This document shows, piece after piece, positions 38,707-49,312 of a DNA stretch of 64,000 bases. Within the stretch, counting starts at the first letter, position 1. Each line of letters starts with the position of its first letter. The stretch lies in assembly GCF_009914755.1 (NCBI RefSeq), contig NC_060934.1, one strand, 5' to 3'. The translations under genes were made by a program, and so were the position numbers. The notes under the pieces are model-generated. The model made no database searches, had not been told where the DNA came from, and saw only the letters and a list, made by a program, of their open reading frames with translations. The DNA comes from the human T2T-CHM13v2.0 reference genome, Homo sapiens.

Positions 38707-39306
38707 TCACTAAGAACATATCTATGCAAACTATGCACATGGCAAATATTTATCAAAAGAATGAAAAAGCCTCACAAAAAATATGACCACATGCAGCCAG
38801 AGATGAGACAGACAACCAAAACTGAATGCACCTTTTCAGCAATAACAATTTTAGAGACGTTCCCAGAACTAGGATGGGTGTCTACAGGTTCTTACCCAGT
38901 GTCTCTAGGCTCCAGGGCAACCTGTTTCTTAGAGCAGAGCTTCTCAAACTTTAATGTGCACACAATTAACCTGGGATCCTGATAAAACATGGATTTGGAT
39001 TCAATCGAGCTGGGCTGGCAACAAGGACTCTGAATATCTACAAGCTCCAGGTGATGCTGGGGCACAGAACACACTCAACGAGGCTTCTACCCACTACCCC
39101 AATTCTTAGCACCAAACACTTTCCCCAGAGGCCTAGCCTGGCCCTCCGTCCTCAAGCATGTCTGCACCTGAAATCATCTTTGTCCCCAGCATCTTGGCAC
39201 CATCGAGACTAATAATGAGAAGCAACTCCAGGCACTTGCGTGGGATCCAGGGGGGCCTGAGGCCCCCAATTCCTTGGGAAGCTTGAACAATGACATCTTT
39301 CTGGGG

Positions 39307-39764
39307 TGATGGGAAGACAAAAGTGACTCCATCTTGGATGCTAATTTTCCCATGTTGACTTCTGATTAGCCCCAGTCCCATGAATGCCTCCTGACTCCTA
39401 CTTTATTTACTGTCCCGAGTGTAAGAATATGTACTCCTGCTTTTAGATCAAAGCAAGCTTGATGTTATCATGCAAATTCTGGGCTATGATGCACATGGCG
39501 TTCTTGCCTGCTCTGGCACACTACCTTTCACTGTCTTGCTGGAGCATGTATATCCTTTTCCCTTGGTATATAAGCCTTGGGTCCGAGAGTAACAGTGCAG
39601 AGATCTGCCTGTCTTGTGGCCACCCGAGACCACCCGCCTGCTTAAAAGTTCCCTCAATAAATCACTCAATACCAACAAACTGGATTTGTCTGCTTCCTTC
39701 TTTGGTCTCTTGGCTCCTTTGGCATTTGGGGGTTGCTTTGTGCATGTGGGCTTTTCACAAAATA
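39307..39764 (+). mobile_element. MER31-family ERV1 solo LTR
   Basis: GACAAAAGTGACTCCATCTTGGATGCTAAT...CATGTTGACTTCTGATTA; TATATAA at 39567-39573 and AATAAA at 39656-39661. Confidence 0.7.
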
Positions 39765-41080
39765 GATGGGTCCCGGAGCCTGGGCTTCGCTGGCAGGTGG
39801 TCACCTGGAGCAGCCAGCAGCAGATGGCACCACAGGACAAGCACAAGCTGTGTCCAAGAGAGTGGCTCAAGAAATCTGCCCAAAATCCAACACAAAAATG
39901 AACAAAGGAACTGAATGGGAGATGTGACCAAAAGAAGCGATAAGACAAACAGCTCCAGGAGGGGAGCTGCTGGCTCAAAGAGCACTTGTCTTGGGCGTCA
40001 GTTCCACCGGTTCTTGGTCAGGGGTGAGAGCCCTATGCCAGACCCCCTTTGCAGAACCTATGCTGGCTTATGATGAGGCTCTTCCAGGGCTCCAGCACAT
40101 GAATACCCTGCCCTGGGAGGCTATAGTAGGCCAGCCACTGTCCACTCTGCTGGAGGGTCAGTCTGAGCCAACAGAACCATGCGGAGACATCCCATCCAAT
40201 GCAGCCCAGGAGCAGTCTTGACATTTCTTTCCCTGCAAGGACAGGCTGTCTGGTCCACACATAGATGAAGCCTTGGGCCTGGTTCAGCATCCAGAGGACT
40301 AGGCCATAACCCCCAAGGTAAGATATTCACACTCATTGGAGCCCTTTCTCCTTTTTCCCTGGATGGCTGGAGGAAGGGGACCCCTGCTTTTTTCAGCCAG
40401 TGCCCCATGAAGTTAGACTCCCAGGACTCCCTGCCCCTGATCCTACTTAAGGCCACTGGGATGCCCAATACCCTGAGGAAGCTTTGAAAGATACGTGGCA
40501 CATTATCTGGGGCAAGTCAGCTCAGTGGTCAGAGCACAGAGTGAAGGAGGCTGCAGCCATAGCCTTGAGTTCTGGAGGCCTCTGTAGTGGGTCAACAGTG
40601 GGGAGAGCCACAGAGTCTCGGTCCAGCTACTGTATCAAATGAGGTCCTGGGAGGCAAGGAAGGGCAGGCAGGAGACTATGGCTGCAGGAGCCTGAGCCCT
40701 GGCCCCCTTCCCATGCTGGACTCCTGTCCAGCACCAAACATTCAGCAGTGAGTGGCACCTTTACCATCAACCCACCATGGAAAACTTCCCTGGAGCTCTC
40801 TCCTTGTGCCAGGGCCTGTCCATGGCATGTAAGACACAAGCCCCATGATGGTATGGATTTCACCTGCAAGGCGCTTGCCATCTCATCGAGGAGAGGAACT
40901 TGCAGGCTGATTTCCATGTAAGGTGGAAGACACAGTGATAGAGAAAAGGGATGGAGTAGGAAGTGAGTCCTGGAATTCCTGCTGCAGAGGGCTGTAAGCC
41001 AAGACTACTGCATCTATTGTCTTCAGCTGGATGCGCTAATGATCTAACAGTAATCCCACTGCTTTGCATCCACAGAATTC

Positions 41081-41086
41081 TTTACT
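41081..41086 (-). terminator. Candidate variant poly(A) signal AGTAAA for NPY4R
   Basis: TTTACT on the plus strand, about 460 nt after the stop. I saw no minus-strand AATAAA or ATTAAA between the stop and 39407. Confidence 0.35.
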
Positions 41087-41547
41087 TCTGAAGCACCTCC
41101 ACACACCATCTCTCACAGAGGTGAAGAGTTGACCAAGGTCTAGAGCTCTGACTCCAAGCGCTCCTTCCCTCACCCCACAGTGGCCCCGTGGTCTCACTGG
41201 TGGAGGTGAAATCCCTGGGTTCCCAGGCCAGGCATCTGTTGCTGTGTCACCAGAATGAACCCTGCCTGCTGCCAGCAGACATCTCCGGCTCTGGCATCTT
41301 TCAGCTCAAGCTGCAAGGCTTACTGTGACCTCTGGAATCTGTGCTCAGAATTCTCCCAGGAACAAACAGCTGAAGTATCAAAATGCCAGTCTTCACGATG
41401 CAAATGGATGCAAAAACAGCTCTTGCCAGCCTATCTGGACCCCAGAAAGCCAGGAATGCTGGGGTGCCACCCCAGCTTGCAGTGTGCCCACTTAGCTAAG
41501 TGGAAGAGCCTGGCAAGGGACATGGCAGGGAGAAGACCTAGACCTGG

Positions 41548-42675
41548 TTAAATGGGATTGGACCTGCCACTTAGCCTCAGGGACCCTTTGGAGACTTCCG
41601 TATGTACTGTGGACAGGGGCAGATGCTCTGACTCCTCCAGGGGGGCGCTCTGCTGGCAAGTCAGCACCAGGGCCTTGATCTCCTTCTTGAAGTTGGTGTT
41701 GAGAAAGCCATAGATGAATGGGTTGACACAGGTGGAGGCCATGGCAAGCAAGTGGCACACTAAGAAGATGAGGTTCCCATGGCAGATGGGGATGGCCTCA
41801 TGGTGCCAGTCTTCCAGGCTGTTGAACACATGCAGAGGCAGCCAGAGCACGGCAAAGGCCACCACCATCACCACCAGCACCACATTGACCTGCTTCATGT
41901 GCCCAGCTCGCAAGCTGTAGGTGCCCTTGTGAAACACGCGCCCCTGCCTCTGCAGGCACCGGTAGATGCGTGCATAACAGACCAAGATGAAGCCCAGTGG
42001 GAGGCAGTACTGGAAGAGGAGCAGGAAGGTGGTGTAGATGGTGCGGTGGTGAGCCAGTGGCCAGGACTCGGTACAGACCACCTTATCCGCCAGGAACTCC
42101 AGAGCCTTGGAGTGGTTCTTGTGGAAGACATTCTCCAGGATGCTGTTGGCCAGGAAGGGCAGGGAGAGGACACAGGCAATGACCCAGATGAGCACAATCC
42201 CCAGGTAGGCCTGTGAGATGCTGGGCTTCCAGCCTGTTGGGTTGATGATGAGCTGATGCCTCTCCAGGGCCACGAGGACGAGCGAGAGGATGGAGACCGT
42301 CACCGACATGCACTGGATGAAGGCCGACATCTTGCAGAGGGTCTCTCCAAAGATCCAGTAGTCCATGATGGTGTAGACGGCGGTCAGCGGCTGGCAGAGG
42401 AGGCACATGAGGAAGTCAGAGAAGGCCAGGTTGGCGATAAGCAGGTTGGTCACGTTGGCTTTCTCCTTCTGCCTCACAGTCACACACATCAGGCAGAGGT
42501 TACCCAGGACCCCCACGACAGTCTCAATGCTGTAGGAAGTGACGATGAAGACCATCACGTCCACGGAATCCTGGCAATGTTCAGAGAAGTTGTATGGGGT
42601 GCCCAGGGGTTTGCTTCTGTTTTCACCTTGTGGAGATTTTGGGAGCAGCAAGGCCAGGAGGTGAGAGGTGTTCAT
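41548..42675 (-). CDS. NPY4R: Neuropeptide Y receptor type 4 (pancreatic polypeptide receptor Y4/PPYR1), 375-aa class A GPCR with intronless CDS; NPY4R or its paralogue NPY4R2
   Basis: ATG at 42675-42673 (CACT ATG A) to TAA at 41550-41548 gives 1128 nt, 375 aa, [16 protein letters not shown]...LSGRSNPI. Seven hydrophobic helices with GN (TM1), LAFSD (TM2), ERH (NPY-receptor version of DRY), LWLPL (TM6) and NPFIY (TM7). Sequons at N2, N19, N29, N187; Cys114/Cys201, Cys34/Cys298 and Cys340. Matches my recollection of human Y4. The two paralogues cannot be told apart with certainty by eye. Confidence 0.97.
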
Positions 42676-42734
42676 AGTGGATGTGAAAAGATTCCAGGAC
42701 TCTTGAACTAAGTGATACACTTGAGGGATGACGC
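42676..42734 (-). other. NPY4R: 5'UTR part of the NPY4R coding exon, with splice acceptor
   Basis: Minus strand reads TGTTTGTCTGTTTGCCTTGTAG|GCGTCATCC (polypyrimidine tract, AG at 42736-42735), 59 nt upstream of the ATG. Confidence 0.8.
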
Positions 42735-42879
42735 CTACAAGGCAAACAGACAAACAATACTCAGGGATCATGCCCAGGGTAGAATCCAGAGAGGAGCAGG
42801 GCCGGGTAGAAAGGCTCTCAGCTGCTTCCAACCCAAGGCTGGTATCTGGAGGGGCTATTACCTAAGGCTTATGGTGAGA

Positions 42880-43110
42880 CATTGGCATCCAATGATTGCT
42901 ACCTTGTTAGAAGCACTTGTTGCATGCTGGGTACTGTGCTCAGCACTTTCGTCTATTAGCTAGTTTATTCCTAGAGGTAGATATTATCAATCCGTTTCAT
43001 AGATGAGGAATCTAAGACCCTGAGATGGAAAGCAACTTGCCCATAGTCACACAGCTAATTAGTAACAGGGCCCAGTTACAAACTCAGGTCATCTAATGCC
43101 AGAACTTGTT
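42880..43110 (-). mobile_element. MIR fragment in the NPY4R intron
   Basis: ATAGATGAGGAATCTAAGA...GCAACTTGCCCATAGTCACACAGCTAATTAGT. Confidence 0.7.
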
Positions 43111-43769
43111 CTACTAATTCCCTCCGGCCTCAGGATGAGGCTGTTCTGATGATAAAGAAGTTGGAGTGCTGTATGCAGACTTTAGTGACGGAATTGTTCA
43201 GGGAACATGGGTAGAATGCCCCTTGTCACATTTTATCTTAATGGAGACAGCAATAAATGCCACTCTGCACAGGATTGCTTGTGTCCTTCCACGGCACCCC
43301 ATTCCCTTCAAGATAGAGCTAAAGCCTCGGGGATCCACAATCAGTGCACCCTCCTGGTCTCAGCCCCTCCCTGCCCTGGTAGCCTTGTTTTTTAGGTGAT
43401 ACCTGGCAAAACTGAAGACTGCCCAGTATGCAAAGCCTGGCTCATCAGCACACCAGCTTCTTCCTACTACCCACCATGTGCACAGACATACCTGGCCAAA
43501 GTCACAGGTGCCCAGTGCCCTCCACAGAACCTACTCCATGACTATGTTCAAGTCACTTGATGCAGTGTGCAGCTCACAAGCACACCAGACTCTTCCACAT
43601 CTCTATGCCCTGGTACAGGCTGTCCCTTCTCCGAGGACCTCCTCAGCACAACGGACCCCCTGCCAAGACTGAGTTGGAATTTAGACTCCAGAGTTCCCCC
43701 GTGTTAGTGCCAATGATGGATGTTTTGCATGGGAAGCACCATACCACTACATACATCATTGTGACTCAC

Positions 43770-43842
43770 CTCTCAGATTCTCTAGTCATTATTAATCCCA
43801 CAGGGTTGCAGTTCTCAACCTTCAGTAAACATCAGAATCATT
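43770..43842 (-). other. NPY4R: Candidate non-coding (cassette) 5'UTR exon of NPY4R, partly derived from MER5A
   Basis: Consensus donor GAG|GTGAGT at 43770/43769. Acceptor CTTTCAACATGCTTCTAG|AATG at 43843/43842; an alternative acceptor TTAAATACAG|ATTCC would start the exon at 43925. Confidence 0.55.
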
Positions 43843-43995
43843 CTAGAAGCATGTTGAAAGTGCAGATCCCAGGGCCCTTCCACCAGGAGATGTAGTTAAG
43901 TGAATCCAGGATGGGGGCCAGGAATCTGTATTTAACAAGTAGACTATGTGATTCTGATGCACATGGCCCTTGGACCCCATCTTGTAAAACACTAT
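43800..43995. mobile_element. MER5A-like (hAT-Charlie) element in the NPY4R intron
   Basis: GTTCTCAACCTT...CATCAGAATCA...GCAGATCCCAGGGCCC...GGGCCAGGAATCTGTATTTAACAAG...TGATTCTGATGCAC. Confidence 0.7.
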
Positions 43996-44173
43996 AGCAG
44001 AAAACCCTATTTGAGATATTCTTTAAGTCTCATATCATGGCCATATGTATTTTTTACATGATCAATTGCTATGTTAAGGCAGTTTTTGCAGAGCACAAGG
44101 CCAAAATCAACCAGAGCTCAGTAAAATCTATTTGTCGGCTGTCATGAATGTCACTTGCTGTGCATCTGATCTA

Positions 44174-44527
<354 letters not shown>

Positions 44528-45684
44528 CTATGGTCTTCGGGCAAAAAGGGCCATTTGGGGCTGAACATGGCAAAATAAACTATTCCAGAGCCAAACACAG
44601 GGCCCAATATAAGATAAAGAACAGTCGCAGCTGCATGAACCTGTGGCAGAGGCACTGCACTCAGAAGCAGCAAATGGGCCAGAACCCAAGGCTCTGGGTG
44701 ACCATCAGCAAGGCTTGGCCAGTGGTGTGGAGAAACACCATTCATCCCAAACCAACCACCTAAAGCAGGATCAGAGTGGAAGGACTGGGCTGGGAGGGCT
44801 CCAGAAAATGCTCACTGCTTCATTCACCCACTCAATAAGTGTGTGTCAAGCCCTGGGCTAGAAACAAGGGCTGCAAAGATGACTTATACAGTCATGGCCC
44901 TCCCAGAGCAGAGGGGCTGACCAGCACGAATGCAGATGGAACTCATTGCCATTGCCAACACCAATATGAAAGAGAGGCCTGTGAGTTGAGAGATCAGAGA
45001 AGGAGCAGGGAGCAGGGAGGTGAGAGAAGAGGTGGCAATGGTACAGGGCTCAAAGGCTGAAGAGGAGTCAACCAGCCAAAGGGACAGGGAGAGGAGGGAA
45101 CTCGAAGTGCAAGGAACAGCATGTGCAAAGGCACAGAGGCAGGAAGGAGCAGAGCCTGCTGGGAAAAGTAAGCAGAATAAGAGGTTCCAGGGTGGCAGAT
45201 GATGAAGCTGGAGTGGTGGGCCAGACCAGCAAGGTCAGGTCCATTCCAGTAAGATCACTTGGATATAGAAAATGGATTGGCAGAGAGGGCCAAGACAGGA
45301 GGAGGAGGAGCACTGAAAAGGTGGTGTTGGGCATCTGCCTGGGGCTGCTGGGCTTGGGGTACACTGACCAGTGAGGACCAGGGGACCTCAAGTCCCTCAG
45401 GCACACCCAAGGGGGTGGCGAGTGTATGAGGGGGAGGGTAGATTATTACGCAAGGTCAATAAAATGGTGTCTCTGCATTTTGTCCCCAGGCAGCTCTCCA
45501 GATACAAAAACTAGAACCAGCTGCAAGCCCCAACAGGGACCCCCTGCAGCCTGCCTTCCCAGTCAATCAGAGGAAAATTAATGAATCATACACACAATGC
45601 TAATCTCCCAGTGGGGTTAGAATAGGGAAGGCCCTTTGCTTTGTCTCCTGAAATCTCAGCAAAAGCTACTATATCCTAATGCCC

Positions 45685-46212
45685 ATAGCGCCCAGACACC
45701 TCAGATGCACCCCTTACCTCCTTGGCTTGCGGCTTACAGGGTGCGGATGGGGCCGCCCATGTCTCAGGTGAGGAGACTGAGGTCCACAGTGGGGGTAGGA
45801 TGCTCCCCAGATCCAGTGTGACGCTCTGCGCCCCGGGCCAAGGGCAGGCAGCGCGCCCGGCTTCCCGGAGGGTTCGTACCGGGGCCCACTCGGCCCCGCC
45901 CCCGGCCGCACTCCTGTGCCCAGGGGGCACCAGGCGCGGGGCAGAGCCGCGCCTGCTTCACCTGCTCCTGCTGCCCCGATGCTGCCTGCGTGCGGAGTGG
46001 AGCGGCTGCTACGCTCCCGCCTGCGCCCGCCCAGCCTGCCCCTTGCGCCCGCCCACGAGAGGGCTCCAGCCGCCCGCCTGCCCCGGGACCCCAGCACTCG
46101 CCCTGGGGAGCCGCATCTTGAGCCCCCAAGGCCTGCCCGGAACTGCAGCCCTGCCTGCGTGTGTCTCTCACGCCCACCTCAACCCTGGATACAGGCAGGC
46201 TGGAGCTGCGCT
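45685..46212 (-). promoter_or_regulatory. CpG-island promoter of NPY4R with an Sp/KLF GC box
   Basis: The only markedly GC- and CpG-rich non-coding stretch in the window. GGGGCGGGG on the minus strand at about 45894-45902. About 3 kb upstream of the coding exon; no obvious TATA box. Confidence 0.8.
45718..45990 (-). other. NPY4R: Non-coding first exon of NPY4R (5' end approximate)
   Basis: Donor GAG|GTAAGG at 45718/45717 at the downstream edge of the CpG island. The TSS cannot be fixed from sequence alone. Confidence 0.55.
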
Positions 46213-46213
46213 G

Positions 46214-46217
46214 TCTT

Positions 46218-46291
<74 letters not shown>

Positions 46292-46369
46292 TCCTTTCTT
46301 TCTTTCTTTCTCTCTCTCTCTCTCTCTCCCTCCCTCCCCCTCCCTCTCTCCCTCCCTTTCTCTTTCTCC
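46214..46369. repeat. Compound (CTTT)17-C-(CTTT)4-(CT)n-(CCCT)n microsatellite forming a 156-nt uninterrupted polypyrimidine tract
   Basis: No purine on the plus strand from 46214 to 46369; perfect CTTT x17 at 46225-46292. Confidence 0.95.
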
Positions 46370-47069
46370 AGGAGTGTTTCTCTCTGTCTAGGGGTGTGTG
46401 CGTCTGCCTGTCTCTCTCTCTCTCTGCCTCAGTTTCCTCATCCATGAAATGGGTATAAAAAGACCTGCCTTTCATAAGTTCGTCCAGAAACATTACTTGC
46501 AGACCTCCTATGAGCCTGGCTCTCCTGCTGGGCACCAGAGCTGGACAAGACAGGCTCCCTGTCCTTGGTTCCTTCTGGAGCTCTCAGCCCTGGGGGAGAA
46601 GACAGACAGGGTACAAGGAAAGAGGGAAATAAATTATTACAGGGGGTGAGATGCTGTGAGCAAATGGGTTCGATAGGCCAGATGGATGGCACAGCCACGG
46701 CAAAAGCCCTGAGGCTGGGAGCATTCAGCCCCTGGAGACCAGGGGAGGGCAGTGTGGCTGAGAATGTCAGCCAGGGTGAGGGAAGGAGATGGGCATCCAG
46801 GGTGTGAGTGAAAACTCAGGGTGGGCCCTGGAAGTGGAGTGTCTTATCTCAGGCAGTCCCAAGGTTGTGGCGATGAGAATTCAATGAGAATGGTCACTTT
46901 CTCCTTTGGAGCTGAGATGCACATGACTTGGCTATAATGGAACAGCTTTGCTTACAAGGGCTGCTCCTGTTTTGAATACACTAGCTTATAATTCCCTGCC
47001 CCCCATCCCCACATGGCAAAGTCACATATGCGCTTAGAGAACCTCCTGAGAGTAACAGATCTGCTTCAA

Positions 47070-49312
47070 GAGCACCTCCTAAACACTGGACATACACACC
47101 TGTCCAGTGAACCTCCTGTGGCTCCCCATGGAAATGTCCCCATGAAGTCATGGCAGTGGTCCCTCTAGAATGGCAGCTGCCGTTTGTAGTGCAGAGACTC
47201 TGCAGACACTACCTTAGTTAATCATCACAACAGCTCTGAGAGGTGGGCATTTTTATTCCCATCGTGCTGATGAAGCAAAGTGACACTCAGTGGTTGAGCA
47301 ACTTGCCCAAAGTCACTCAGCTAAGAAACAGCCAGATCCAGGATGCGAACCCACCTGCCAAGCCCCCAGGCCTCTGCTCACCATCGCTGTAGACTGGCAC
47401 CTGTCATCTCTTCTTTCTGGACCATGCTCCTTCCTGTCTTGACTACCTGGAAAGCGGCTGCTCCTCCGTTGCACCCCAGCTCCGATGTCCCTGCTGCCAT
47501 GACAAATTCCTACCACCCTCCCATGCTCTGCTGCAGAAGCAGATGTAGCAGCCTAGTTGGTTGTCTGCCTGAGCAGCTTTGTCTCCCCACTCCCCTATGT
47601 CTAGGTCACAGCTCTTGTCTCCGCCTCCAGATCCCAGCACAAGTCCACACACAGCATCTGACAAAGAAAGAAAGGAAGAAAGGAAGACGGAGGGAGGGAG
47701 GACATTTAAGAAGACCTGATTGTAACGGTAGCTTCCAGACATGTAAAATCAGAGAACATTGCTTGACCAGAAACTGCTCAACTCCAGCTGGGAGCTCTAT
47801 GGACACCCGTCCTCTGTGCAGGCAAGAACGCAGCCACTGTCACCTCCTTCTTGCAGGGCAGCTGTGTGGGGTCTGGATTTGCTGGTAAGCCCTTGGAGGC
47901 AAGCTTCCACATAGACACATTTGAGAACTACTGCGCAAGGCACGCAGCCTGAACCCTAGCTCTTGTGGGTCAGAGAACAGCAGAAGAGCTGAAATGGTGG
48001 TAAAAGCAGCAAACAGCTCCCTTGCCAGGCAGAAGCATGTGAACCTGCCCTTAGTCCATCCTCATGCCTAACTGGTGTGGTATGATCATCCCATCTCACA
48101 GGCGAGAAAACTGAGCCTCAAAGAAGTAGAGTGTCTTGTCTCAGCCAGCCAACTTGTAGATGGTAGGGCTGGACTTTCAATCCAAAGTCCAAGCTCTTCC
48201 TTCAGGACCATAATGCCCAGGAGAGGGGTAGGTAGCTCTTCCTAGCAGACATTTCAGGTTAAACCAATACTCCCAGAGTTGGCTGCCAGACCCTTTGCCT
48301 CTGCTAGGGAAAGGAGACAGCACCCTCTGGAGGCAGCAGAGCCCTGCACCAATCATAGCCAGAGCACTTGAAGCTCCTCAAGAAAGCAGTCTGTAAGAAA
48401 GAACTGGGAGCTGCTGTTCTTCCCCCTTGCTGGAGTCCAGGGTCCGGAGCACAGCCTGAGAGGCTCTGCCAGTCAGCCAGGCTGCATTCTGCCATCTCTG
48501 GGGAAGGGGCTAGGTAGGATTTTCCTTCTGCCATAAAAGTGGCTGGCTGGTGTGACCTGCTGGAGACTGCTTCTCCTAAATAGCTTAGTGACAGGTTCCC
48601 TTCCCACCCCATCAGGAATGTTCCTCATGAATCACCCGGAAGTCAGACAGGCGCACAACTCCCTCAGGTGTGTGCAGCGCTCCACATTACCTCTCTGAAC
48701 CTCAGTCCACTGCATGCTCAGTATTCCCCCTGGTCCTATGAGGAAGCTGAAGATCAGCTAGTCAGGGGATGGATAGACCCCAGGCACCCTCCTTACTGTA
48801 AATTTGCTGGGATTTGGAATCAGGCCCATTCACAGTTGCTTACACCACATTGAGAGTCAGTGTGGTGACTGGTCACAAGCCGGGCACAGAAGCCGTCTCG
48901 CATTGCCCCAGATTCTCATCTGCAAAGCGGAGCTAATAACAAAGTTTGCCTCGGGAGATGTTGTGGCAAGAAATGAGTTGAGATGAGAATGGCTCTCCAC
49001 ACAGTTATGGGCAAGAAACACCCTGCAGAGCTGTGGCTATAAGCATTCCTGTGTCCTGCATGCTTGCCCACCTCCCTGAGCCTCTGCCCCAGAGCTAATG
49101 GGCTGTCCCGACCAATTCTAGCTGGAAACCTCTCCAAACCCTCATCACGACCCACACATCTCACCTGGACAGTCCTAAGAGGCCCTGCAAGCTCAGCCAT
49201 GGTGAGCACCTCCTAGACACTGGACAGACATACACAACTCTCCAGTGAAACCTCCTGTGGCTCCCCTTGGAAATGTCCCCATGGAGTCATGGCAGTGGTC
49301 CCTCTAGGATGG
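47070..49312 (+). repeat. Dispersed direct repeat of about 105 bp (47070-47173 and 49204-49312) upstream of the NPY4R promoter
   Basis: Both copies read GAGCACCTCCTA.ACACTGGAC...TCCAGTGAA(A)CCTCCTGTGGCTCCCC.TGGAAATGTCCCCATG.AGTCATGGCAGTGGTCCCTCTAG.ATGG; about 90% identity by eye. Confidence 0.9.

Noticed and set aside
41631-41650. CTCF-like CCTCCAGGGGGGCGC within the CDS
   Set aside because: An extra G breaks the core spacing, and the sequence is explained by codons.
41714-42711. Plus-strand ORFs of 145 and 151 aa (His-rich) and shifted-frame minus ORFs over NPY4R
   Set aside because: These are shadows of a GC3-rich CDS (Val/Met codons read as His on the other strand), with no independent signals.
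42676-42831. 52-aa N-terminal extension in the 427-aa ORF, including an in-frame ATG at 42771
   Set aside because: The track start is not an ATG, and the extension crosses a clear splice acceptor at 42735, so it is mostly intronic. The known receptor is 375 aa starting MNTSH.
45714-46535. ORFs of 241, 180, 137 and 118 aa across the promoter
   Set aside because: Stop-poor CpG island plus the CTTT/CT repeat giving low-complexity translation.
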